IMG/VR virus record: IMGVR_UViG_3300045012_000081
Coordinates: 1-50,046 of that record
Length of the DNA: 50,046 bases
Strand: one strand, 5' to 3'
From: a virus
Lineage: Duplodnaviria > Caudoviricetes
The notes under the pieces were generated by a model, which was not told the origin of the DNA, searched no databases, and worked only from the letters and a program-made list of their open reading frames with translations. Positions 1 to 8,054 of this stretch are shown here, one piece after another. Both the position numbers and the translations under genes were made by a program. How positions within the stretch are numbered: the first letter of the stretch is position 1; every line of letters starts with the position of its first letter.

Positions 1-1
1 C

Positions 2-1627
2 TCTGGTATCGAACTAAGCCTCATGATGGGCGAGGCGGGGATGAAGCGAAGTGACTGTTATCTTACGAATGTCGTCCGGAGTCGTCCTCCTGGCGGAGAA
101 ACCTCGGCGTGGATTGCCTCGAACAAGACTGAGGAAGCGGTCTTTCTCTCGCGCGGGGGCATCCGCTACAACGGCCACGTCATTGCACCAGAACTTTACG
201 CCGGGATCATGGACCTCCGTGAGCAGGTGGAAAAGCAGAGACCTAAACTCATCGTGGCCCTGGGAAACGTGGCGCTCTGGGCACTCACCGGGGAGTGGGG
301 CATTGGATCCTGGCGCGGTAGTGAACTTACAGCGACGCTTAGCAGCGATTGGCGCCCGCCCTGCATCCCAACCTACAACCCTGCGGCGATCCTTCGCCAG
401 TGGGCGCTACGACGTGTTGTCGTCCAGGACTTTAGGCGGGCACGAGGCGTATTGGCAAACGGACCAATCAACCCGCGCTATAACTTCCTTGTCGAACCCA
501 CCTTCGAGCAAGCCATCCATGTCCTCGACTTTCTTGCGGATAAACTGGAGTCTGCTGAACAGCCAGTCCCACTCAGCGTCGATATCGAAACCCGCAACTA
601 CCACCTGGCTTGCCTGGGCATTGCGTGGAGTAAAAAAGACGCTATCTGTTTTCCTTTCTTAGACTCTCGGAGGCCAGATGGCTATTGGAATGAGGCAGAG
701 GAAGCGGAGATTGTATTCCGGCTATACCAAATCCTCACACATCCTCGTGCTATCAATATCGGGCAGAACTTCCTTTACGACGCGCAGTATATTTGGCGCT
801 ACTGGCTCTTTATTCCGCGTGCAGTACGCGACACAATGCTCACTCAGCACCTTTGCTTCCCAGGACTACCAAAGAGCCTTGATTTTATTGCGTCGCTCTA
901 TTGCGAATCGTACCGATATTGGAAGGACGATGGGAAAGTTTGGTCCGACTCTATGGACGAGCGCATCCTGTGGAAATATAACTGCGAAGACTGTGTCCGT
1001 ACGTTCGAGTGTAAGGAAGCACTGGATTCGGTCGTGGATAGCCTTGGGCTGCGCGATCAATATGACTTCCAAATGCGGCTCTGGCCCGCAGTCTTGCGTA
1101 TGATGAACCGAGGTATGGCCATCGACAACGTCATGCGCGCGAAGCTCGAGCTCGAGATGCACACCCATGAACGAGGTTTGCTCGAGGACATTGAATACAT
1201 CGTCGGTCATCCACTCAACCCCGGCAGTCCGAAACAAATGAAAGAGTTTTTCTATGGCGAACTACAACTCCCACCGGTATACCAGCGCGGGAAACGAGCT
1301 AAACCTGGTAAAGTCCGACAGCCAAGCTGCGATGACGAATGCCTTAACCGCGCAGCTGCTCGCGAGCCTATCATACGCCCCCTTGTTAACCTTATTCTCG
1401 AGTATCGCTCTGTCCGCGTTTATGCTAGTACCTTTCTCGCAGACCATAGCGATTTCGACGGCCGCATACGTTGCAGCATCAACATCGCAGGCGCGGTTAC
1501 GTTCCGTTTCTCGTCAAGCGAAAACCCCTTTGGCTCTGGAATGAATCTCCAGAACCTGCCGGGCAAGGAGAACAAGACCCGCGCGGAGATGGATGCCGCG
1601 GACAAGGAGCTGCGCCATGCTACCTAA
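2..1627 (+). CDS. DNA polymerase family A, N-terminal part (UDG-like domain + 3'-5' exonuclease + thumb)
   Basis: UDG-4 motifs YLTNVVRSRPP, IVALG, PTYNPAAILR; Exo I DIET, Exo II QNFLYDAQY, Exo III YNCEDC; PolA motifs LNPGSPKQ and TFRFSSSENP..NLQNLP. Confidence 0.9.
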   Translation, partial: SGIELSLMMGEAGMKRSDCYLTNVVRSRPPGGETSAWIASNKTEEAVFLSRGGIRYNGHVIAPELYAGIMDLREQVEKQRPKLIVALGNVALWALTGEWGIGSWRGSELTATLSSDWRPPCIPTYNPAAILRQWALRRVVVQDFRRARGVLANGPINPRYNFLVEPTFEQAIHVLDFLADKLESAEQPVPLSVDIETRNYHLACLGIAWSKKDAICFPFLDSRRPDGYWNEAEEAEIVFRLYQILTHPRAINIGQNFLYDAQYIWRYWLFIPRAVRDTMLTQHLCFPGLPKSLDFIASLYCESYRYWKDDGKVWSDSMDERILWKYNCEDCVRTFECKEALDSVVDSLGLRDQYDFQMRLWPAVLRMMNRGMAIDNVMRAKLELEMHTHERGLLEDIEYIVGHPLNPGSPKQMKEFFYGELQLPPVYQRGKRAKPGKVRQPSCDDECLNRAAAREPIIRPLVNLILEYRSVRVYASTFLADHSDFDGRIRCSINIAGAVTFRFSSSENPFGSGMNLQNLPGKENKTRAEMDAADKELRHAT

Positions 1628-2345
1628 CATCCGCAAGATGTTCGTTCCTGACCCTGGCTTCACGATGTTCGACTTGGATCTCGAGTCCGCGGACCTTCGC
1701 ACTGTTGCATGGGAATCCGACTGCAAGTACTTGAAAGAGTGCTTCAAAGCCGGAAAGAAACCCTATATTGAAATGGGCAAAGAGTTTTATGACAACCCTA
1801 GCTTCTCGAAGAAGGACGAGCCGTTTTACACCCAGTTCAAAAGTCTCTGTCACGGAGGTAACTATCTCGGTAAGGCTGAAAATATTGCGGGACGGATCGG
1901 TCTCGCCGTTTCTGATTGTGTCCGCGTCCAGGGATGGTATTTCAAAAAGTGCCCAGAAGTCGTGGAATGGCATAACAGAACCATACGTCAAATGGACACT
2001 ACAGGAACTGTCCGCAATGCTTTCGGATATAGGAGAAAATTTTTTGACCGCATCGAGGGCACTGTCTATAACGAAGGAGTTGCTTGGATTGGACAATCGA
2101 CAACTTCAATCATCATCAACAAAGGACTCGTCGCGATAGACGAATGGGAGGAGGAAAACCATGGCGGCCTACAGCTGCTCATGCAAGTGCATGACTCTCT
2201 TGTTGGACAGTTTCCCACTGCGGAGACCGCCTTCTTTCTTGACCTCATCCGAGCGCTCTGTACTATCACAGTGCCCTATGAAGACCCAATGGTCATGCCC
2301 GTTGGAATTAAGACTTCTACGATATCTTGGGGAGATTGCAGCTAA
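1617..2345 (+). CDS. DNA polymerase family A, C-terminal catalytic part
   Basis: IRKMFVPD, motif A DLESADLR, motif B KSLCHGGNY, motif C QVHDSLV. AAGGAG at 1604-1609 precedes the ATG at 1617. It lies in the +1 frame relative to the upstream part. Confidence 0.9.
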   Translation: MLPNIRKMFVPDPGFTMFDLDLESADLRTVAWESDCKYLKECFKAGKKPYIEMGKEFYDNPSFSKKDEPFYTQFKSLCHGGNYLGKAENIAGRIGLAVSDCVRVQGWYFKKCPEVVEWHNRTIRQMDTTGTVRNAFGYRRKFFDRIEGTVYNEGVAWIGQSTTSIIINKGLVAIDEWEEENHGGLQLLMQVHDSLVGQFPTAETAFFLDLIRALCTITVPYEDPMVMPVGIKTSTISWGDCS

Positions 2346-2617
2346 TGGACACAACTAACATGCACTGGTTCGATACCTACTGCATTCACCATAACATCAC
2401 ACAGTATGGCGAACCACCCACGAGCAACCGTGGCTACTTCTATGTCGATATGGCTGGGCCGACTGAGGAAGATCTTATCTTCCCTGCGTTGGCCGAGTTC
2501 TATAAACAGCTCAATGGCTATCACAACGTATGGCTTCGAGTCCGTCCATCGGTACAAAAGGTAACGGAAGCTGATGACGTTTGCTACCGCTGCCGCTTTC
2601 GTGGAGTCTACTGGTAA
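2345..2617 (+). CDS. hypothetical protein
   Basis: TAATG coupling to the genes on both sides. Confidence 0.6.
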   Translation: MDTTNMHWFDTYCIHHNITQYGEPPTSNRGYFYVDMAGPTEEDLIFPALAEFYKQLNGYHNVWLRVRPSVQKVTEADDVCYRCRFRGVYW

Positions 2618-3810
2618 TGTCCCGCATCTTTCCCGACTGGATAGAAGCGTTCGAAGCGTACACTCGGTTTGGCGAAGCCCCGAACAAGATGTACCGCTGG
2701 TGCGCTGTGAGTGCCATCGCTGGCGCGATCCGTCGCAAGTGCTGGCTTGATCAAGTCTACTTTAAATGGTACTGCAATGAGTACATTATTCTTGTCGCTC
2801 CTCCCGGAATCGTCTCCAAGTCTACAACGGTTGAAATTGCAATGTCGCTACTGCGGCGCGTGGAAGGCGTACGCTTCGGTCCCGACGTTATCACTTGGCA
2901 GGCTCTCGTTAAATCCTTTGCGGGAGCAGGTGAGAAGTTTGCCTTGCCGGATGGCACCGAGCTCGAAATGTCCCCGCTCACAATCGCATCGAGCGAGTTT
3001 GGAAATCTCATGGCTCCCGGAGATCGAGAAATGGTTGATCTGCTTGTCTCCCTCTGGGACGGACGCGAGGGAGCTTTCCGCAAAGAGACCAAAGGTTCTG
3101 GTAACGACGAGGTCATCAACCCATGGATCAACATGATTGCTTGTACCACGCCCGCGTGGATCAGTGGAAACTTTCCCGAGTACATGATCGGCGGGGGTTT
3201 TATGTCGAGGTGTATCTTCGTATATGCAGAGGAGAAGAGGAACTATGTCGCGTACCCGGGCATGGCTGTAGCTGGCATCGATATAGCGAAAATGGAGGCG
3301 GACCTTACCCAGGACTTAACGCAGATAGCTGCCTTGTCCGGCGAATTTGGTATGACGCAGGAGGCCGTGGAGTGGGGGACGGACTGGTACAAGCGCCACT
3401 TCGCGACAAAGGGCAATGGACTATTGGACGATTCACGTTTCGGTGGGTACGTAGCGAGGAAACAGACCCACTTACACAAGCTTGCTATGATATTTTCTGC
3501 ATCGAGATCGGAGGACCTGGTTATTACGGTGACGGACCTCAAGCGCGCAGAGCAGGAGCTAACTGACCTCGAGGCCGATTTACCCAAGGTCTTTGATCGA
3601 GTAGGAAAGAGCCAAGACTCCGTGCAAGCCGACCGCTTGCTCGAGCTTGTAAAGAGCCGTGGCTCTATTCCTCTCATGGAAGCTTACGCGGCCCTCCACT
3701 CCGCCATCCCGCACTTCGACGAGTTTGAAACCCTCATGCGCAGCCTGACGCAAGCCGGGCTCCTTCGCGTTGAAGTGGCTGGAGGCAAGCTCATACTCCA
3801 CGCGCTATGA
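2617..3810 (+). CDS. DUF3987-like replicative helicase/ATPase
   Basis: Walker A-like ILVAPPGIVSKSTT, SEFGNL, LWDG, GFMSR; C-terminal winged-helix-like end; follows the polymerase. Confidence 0.7.
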   Translation: MSRIFPDWIEAFEAYTRFGEAPNKMYRWCAVSAIAGAIRRKCWLDQVYFKWYCNEYIILVAPPGIVSKSTTVEIAMSLLRRVEGVRFGPDVITWQALVKSFAGAGEKFALPDGTELEMSPLTIASSEFGNLMAPGDREMVDLLVSLWDGREGAFRKETKGSGNDEVINPWINMIACTTPAWISGNFPEYMIGGGFMSRCIFVYAEEKRNYVAYPGMAVAGIDIAKMEADLTQDLTQIAALSGEFGMTQEAVEWGTDWYKRHFATKGNGLLDDSRFGGYVARKQTHLHKLAMIFSASRSEDLVITVTDLKRAEQELTDLEADLPKVFDRVGKSQDSVQADRLLELVKSRGSIPLMEAYAALHSAIPHFDEFETLMRSLTQAGLLRVEVAGGKLILHAL

Positions 3811-4270
3811 TGAAGAGCCGCTTTGTCCACCCATCTCCATCGTGCGGCCACCCTGCCAATCCTTGATAATGCTTCAGCCGAGCTAGGAGATACAACTCCG
3901 GCTCGGCGAAGGAGGCCGCCGCTGCCGCGGTAGTCGGTCCGACCTTTCCGTCCTGCGCTACCCCCAACACTCCCTGCAATATCATAGCAGCCGTACCAAC
4001 GCCGTGATTAATCGCGCCGTCGAGCAGCCACAAGTCCAAGCCACGAGGCATAAGCCCAGCCCCGCTAGGCTGCCAGTAATCATTGTAGTAAATCTGCGCG
4101 GCGCCAAGCTCCGTGAGTCCTGCGATATCAACGTTAGGGTAGGCCGCTTTGCTGATGCCATAGTTTGTTTCTCCGCCTGGGTCTTGGGGATCATTCGCGT
4201 AACCTCCTTCAATGCGTTCGATAATCAAGCCGATACACGCCATGAACCGCGCGGGTAGAATATTGCTCAT
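3791..4270 (-). CDS. endolysin, glycoside hydrolase family 108 with peptidoglycan-binding tail
   Basis: EGGYANDPQDPGGETNYGIS, DGAINHG, LQGVLGVAQDGKVGPTT, GWTKR. Confidence 0.9.
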   Translation of the reverse strand: MSNILPARFMACIGLIIERIEGGYANDPQDPGGETNYGISKAAYPNVDIAGLTELGAAQIYYNDYWQPSGAGLMPRGLDLWLLDGAINHGVGTAAMILQGVLGVAQDGKVGPTTAAAAASFAEPELYLLARLKHYQGLAGWPHDGDGWTKRLFIIARGV

Positions 4271-4271
4271 G

Positions 4272-4454
4272 TCAATGCCCTCTCAAGTCCTTGATCAATT
4301 CCCACACGCCAGTGGCCACACTCATCAGACCAAAGGCCCATACTGCGAATTTCCTCCACAATTTAAGCTCCCGTACTAGCGCGGTTGACTCGGTTGTGTT
4401 AGCGTCAATATTTCTCACCCGAGTCAGCAATTCTTGTTCTTCTATAGGCTTCAC
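4272..4454 (-). CDS. putative holin/membrane protein
   Basis: 60 aa with one C-terminal TM helix, directly upstream of the endolysin. Confidence 0.5.
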   Translation of the reverse strand: MKPIEEQELLTRVRNIDANTTESTALVRELKLWRKFAVWAFGLMSVATGVWELIKDLRGH

Positions 4455-4462
4455 GGCTCCTC

Positions 4463-4744
4463 CTATTCAATCAACGTAGGCCCCTTGCGCGCGTCTAGGG
4501 CGAGCTGGTTAAAAACGTCCTGCCGCTTGGTGATTTCGTTTCGGGTACTTTCAACCGCTGCTTGCACATGCCGCGTTTGGTTCGCGCTCTCGAGCATCAG
4601 CAAAGGCAAGAAGGCAATCGAGCACCCGTCTTGGTCAAATGGCATACCGGTCTGGGGATTAACCATCGTCATATGGCTGTACATCATACACTCGTGTTGG
4701 ATGCAAGGCTTCTTGAGGAATGGACAGATAGGCGTCTTGTTCAT
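4463..4744 (-). CDS. Cys-rich hypothetical protein following the tail fibre
   Basis: CPFLKKPCIQHECMMY...CSIAFLP...AAVESTRNE, a type often seen after phage fibre genes. Confidence 0.6.
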   Translation of the reverse strand: MNKTPICPFLKKPCIQHECMMYSHMTMVNPQTGMPFDQDGCSIAFLPLLMLESANQTRHVQAAVESTRNEITKRQDVFNQLALDARKGPTLIE

Positions 4745-5262
4745 GACTTCACCGCGAGAATATGGTCGACGTACTTCAGTTGAGGAGTAGTGTAAGTCGG
4801 CGTGATACCGGAGCCCGAGCCTGTATTTTGGATACTCGCAAAGCCTGTTTGAATATTCGCCGTGCTAGTCAGCGTCGCCTGCCCGCCCGGGCTTACAATA
4901 GTCCCCGCGCCACCACCGACGTAGCTTGACCCAGATGCATTATAGTACGTCAACGCATTCTGTGTGTGCGCATGGCCTGAGTCCGTATGAGTATGCCCTG
5001 CGTCTGTGTGGTTGTGCGCGGGGAGTTGGGCTATGGATAGTGTGAATGTGTTAACGTTAAATGTGCTGCCAAAGTTCCAGCTTGACCAGTTAGCTGAACC
5101 ACCACTTGCTCCACCACTTGCGCTATTGTACCGAAACGAGGTATCAGTTATCGCGCTACTCGTCCAGCCGTTCGGCGCCGTGGCTTGCGCCATTGGCCAG
5201 CTCGTACCAACAGGAGCAATTAGCGCGTCATATTCTCCTGCGAAGGGAAGTTTATTAAACAT
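4741..5262 (-). CDS. short tail fibre/collar-like protein
   Basis: APNGW and TLSIAQLPAHNHTDAGHTHTDSGHAH His-x-His metal-binding fibre repeats. Confidence 0.7.
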   Translation of the reverse strand: MFNKLPFAGEYDALIAPVGTSWPMAQATAPNGWTSSAITDTSFRYNSASGGASGGSANWSSWNFGSTFNVNTFTLSIAQLPAHNHTDAGHTHTDSGHAHTQNALTYYNASGSSYVGGGAGTIVSPGGQATLTSTANIQTGFASIQNTGSGSGITPTYTTPQLKYVDHILAVKS

Positions 5263-5264
5263 GA

Positions 5265-5591
5265 CTATTGCCCCGTTTGGCCGCTGATGGTGAGCCAGAT
5301 ACCTGTCGCGGCACTGGCATAGGCGTCGAGTACCTCCGCCGCGTTGAGCACAATCAGGCCGGTGAAGTGTACAGTCTGGTTTGGCGGAACAGACATGGCG
5401 GAGAAGATCGACGACGTCACGTTACCGATGGTGAGCGTAAGGGTCTCTGCCGCGCCAGCCGTGTTCGTGACAATAATATCTTTAATCAACGCCTGGGTAC
5501 TCGCAGGCACAGTATAGACTGCTGTCCCGGCACTCGTAGCTGTTACTTGTTGTGCAACAAACCGCGCGTATTGGTAGGTCGAGAAAGTCAT
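5265..5591 (-). CDS. small beta-rich virion protein
   Basis: Probable start MTFSTYQ; AVYTVPASTQALIKDIIVTN pattern typical of small phage structural proteins. Confidence 0.55.
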   Translation of the reverse strand: MTFSTYQYARFVAQQVTATSAGTAVYTVPASTQALIKDIIVTNTAGAAETLTLTIGNVTSSIFSAMSVPPNQTVHFTGLIVLNAAEVLDAYASAATGIWLTISGQTGQ

Positions 5592-5592
5592 T

Positions 5593-6030
5593 TCAGTTAG
5601 CTCCGTTAGTGCTACCGCCTTTGAACGCGCTGATAATACCTGGCGCGACTTTTTCCGCACTGCGTCCCATTACATATCCACCGACACCGAGCTTAAGCAA
5701 GTCCCACATGTCTGGAGGGATCGCCAGTGCCAGCCCGACGTGGAACATGGCTTGGAGGTACGGCGCGAGAATATAGTTATTCACGATGATCGCCATGAAG
5801 ACATACATCAAAACCGGCCTCCAGCTGCTTGTAAGCTTATTCGCGCTATTGGCTTCTGCGGTAATAACGCCTGCCGCAGTAGTCATCTTTTGCAGGTCGC
5901 CTGTGATGTACATCTGCGTCAGCGTGGCTTGCGCGGCAGCCTTCTGCTCTGGGTTTGGAAACTCGTTGATGATGCTTTGTACTACGCCTGCTACCGCGCT
6001 AACAGGGTCGTTTACAAGAGAGACAGTCAT
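5593..6030 (-). CDS. 3TM (GTA-type) holin family protein
   Basis: AEANS..LTSSWRPVLMY, PPDMWDLLKLGVGGYVMGRSAEK. Confidence 0.75.
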   Translation of the reverse strand: MTVSLVNDPVSAVAGVVQSIINEFPNPEQKAAAQATLTQMYITGDLQKMTTAAGVITAEANSANKLTSSWRPVLMYVFMAIIVNNYILAPYLQAMFHVGLALAIPPDMWDLLKLGVGGYVMGRSAEKVAPGIISAFKGGSTNGAN

Positions 6031-6067
6031 GATAACCTCGGGTTGTATCGGGAACAAAAGGTAGGGT

Positions 6068-6751
6068 TTATCCAACCTTAACTACTTGAAATTGGTTGTA
6101 GAGGCCGCCTGCGTTTGCATAAAGCGTATTGGCTGCGCCTGAATCCTGCGCGCCTTGGAGGGCGATAGTATCTCCTGCCTTGCATTGTATAAGGTAAGAG
6201 CCGGTAATGTCTATATATAGGGATGCCGTAGCTGTACCTACCTGCTGAAGGTCGTTATACACTTGAGTCCCGTTCTTGACGATAGATACCTCTGCGTAAC
6301 CCTGCGACAGATAAGTAACGTTGTTCCAGAGTATGTTGTATGACACCAGATAGATACCGCCAACAGGTACAGTGTAAATGCCAGTCGAGGTCGCTAGAGC
6401 AGAAACCGTATCGATCTGCACAGTCCATGTGGTGATGGTACTATAGGCACCTGAGGTAGGGAAAGATTGAGTGCTGGTACTAACAGCGCACATTGCTATG
6501 GCTGGGCCCAGTGTGCTAATCCCATCACTCCCCTCTCTTGCCCATCCACTCAGCGGCAAGCCGTCAATACTCGTACCCGAACTCGCCGTACCAGAGTTCA
6601 CAATGCCCTTTACATTTTGCCGCAGCGTACCTAACCATGCGCGGAGTCTGGTCCACGTATCCAGCGTCATGTATGCGCGCTGCTTCTCTGGTATCTGCTG
6701 CGCACCCGCTGGCGCGTTGTCTGTCGGCGGTGGATCAAGGGGCTTAGCCAT
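6068..6751 (-). CDS. C1q/TNF-like domain virion protein (possible receptor binding)
   Basis: TGIYTVPVGGIYLVSYNI, IVKNG and CKAGDTI form the C1q signature. Confidence 0.65.
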   Translation of the reverse strand: MAKPLDPPPTDNAPAGAQQIPEKQRAYMTLDTWTRLRAWLGTLRQNVKGIVNSGTASSGTSIDGLPLSGWAREGSDGISTLGPAIAMCAVSTSTQSFPTSGAYSTITTWTVQIDTVSALATSTGIYTVPVGGIYLVSYNILWNNVTYLSQGYAEVSIVKNGTQVYNDLQQVGTATASLYIDITGSYLIQCKAGDTIALQGAQDSGAANTLYANAGGLYNQFQVVKVG

Positions 6752-8054
6752 TTACCCACTCCTCGCAGTAGCCGGCCTTCTGTAGAGGCTCAAGCGGCAG
6801 GCACTCTGCAATATCGTCGCGGCAGAAGGGGCTGTTAGGAATCTTCAGGCTCTTGTAGAGTTTGTACGACCGATCTCGAGCCTGCATAACCGTCGAGCCT
6901 TTCCCTACCACGCAGCCAACAAAGGGGCCAGCGGTACAGAAGGTATCTTGCATCTTCCACTTGCCGTTCTCGCAGCATTCTACCTGGTTGCACTTGACCT
7001 GTGCGAGATGGACATCATCCATATTGCCTTGGTCCACGCCCCAGATTGGATAGTCCTCTACCTCCTTATCATGCACGTAGTCATCGTAAGGCCAAGGCGG
7101 CATTGCCACTGTGAGGCCTACGGCATGTGCAGCACTCACGCGCAACGTATCCTTCCCAGCTACAAGGTTCGCGAAGAACTCTACCATCGAACCCTTGTGC
7201 AAACTGCTCTGAATATAGATCGCCGGTATGCCAAGCCTTGCCGTGCACTCAAGCGGATGCATGGTCTTGGCTTTCTTGTCAAACATCAGGCCCATGGCGA
7301 AGTTGCCCACAAACTTCAGCGCGTGGAGTGTGTCGGTGAGTGGTAGCAAAAAGTCCCGCGCAAGCTTGCTGTCCTCCACGTACTTCAGCGCGTTCCCCAT
7401 CTCCCACGTGTTAGGTCCCATATCGCCGGGCATCAGCTTCTTGTGCTCGAAGTCTTCTTCAAAACACCCGCACCAGCCACCAGGCCCAAACCACCCGCTC
7501 ACACCCACCTCACAACCTTCTTCAATCTTCTCCTGGAGAATGAAAGGAAACTTGTACCCTTTCCGCTTCCACTTCTCGAGCATAAACAGCATGTCTTCCG
7601 GTCCTTTGCTGACGTATGAAAGAGCCTTGTTGGCGTTATCACCAAGCGGCTTGCTAACAAACGAGCCCTTTGTCTTTCGCACATACGCAATCGCCTCGTC
7701 GTAGTTCTCGAACTTGCGGAACGGTAAACAATCGAAGCCTGCGTGTTCAAAGGCTTTGTTACCGGCTTCGCGGTCGATTTCCAGTTGCTGTGCGCGCGGG
7801 TGCGTACCAAGGATCGGATACCCATTATCAAAGTACCATTCAAGTTCAGCTGAGTAAGTATGGTTGAAAGGCAGCACAATCAGCTCCGCCCACTTCATGT
7901 GAGCTTGCCACTCTTGTACGCGCGGAACCAAGCGCTCGCCAATGTCATGCAGCTTCCTGTGTCCATTATAGACCTTGACCGAGTGTCCTTCCCATTGCGC
8001 GCGCAGAGCCAAGTCCGTCATCGTCCCATCAACGTCGAGGTAGAGAACCTTCAT
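6744..8054 (-). CDS. PurD (GARS)-like ATP-grasp ligase
   Basis: AQQLEIDREAG, FENYDEAIAYV...FVSKP, ILQEKIEEGCEV, EHKKLMPGDMGPNTWEMG and LECTARLG align with the PurD motifs QLEGSK, VIK, EEFLDGEE, DHKR..GPNTGGMG and EFNCRFG. Confidence 0.75.
   Translation of the reverse strand: MKVLYLDVDGTMTDLALRAQWEGHSVKVYNGHRKLHDIGERLVPRVQEWQAHMKWAELIVLPFNHTYSAELEWYFDNGYPILGTHPRAQQLEIDREAGNKAFEHAGFDCLPFRKFENYDEAIAYVRKTKGSFVSKPLGDNANKALSYVSKGPEDMLFMLEKWKRKGYKFPFILQEKIEEGCEVGVSGWFGPGGWCGCFEEDFEHKKLMPGDMGPNTWEMGNALKYVEDSKLARDFLLPLTDTLHALKFVGNFAMGLMFDKKAKTMHPLECTARLGIPAIYIQSSLHKGSMVEFFANLVAGKDTLRVSAAHAVGLTVAMPPWPYDDYVHDKEVEDYPIWGVDQGNMDDVHLAQVKCNQVECCENGKWKMQDTFCTAGPFVGCVVGKGSTVMQARDRSYKLYKSLKIPNSPFCRDDIAECLPLEPLQKAGYCEEWVNG

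Noticed and set aside
1560-1630. Intron or intein in the polymerase
   Set aside because: Fewer than 60 nt separate the conserved motifs, leaving no room and showing no signatures.
4741-6751. Diversity-generating retroelement targeting fibre genes
   Set aside because: No reverse transcriptase and no template/variable repeat pair seen.
6744-8054. Annotating the gene as purD, a purine-biosynthesis AMG
   Set aside because: The substrate motifs are missing or altered and the context is structural, so no gene symbol was assigned.
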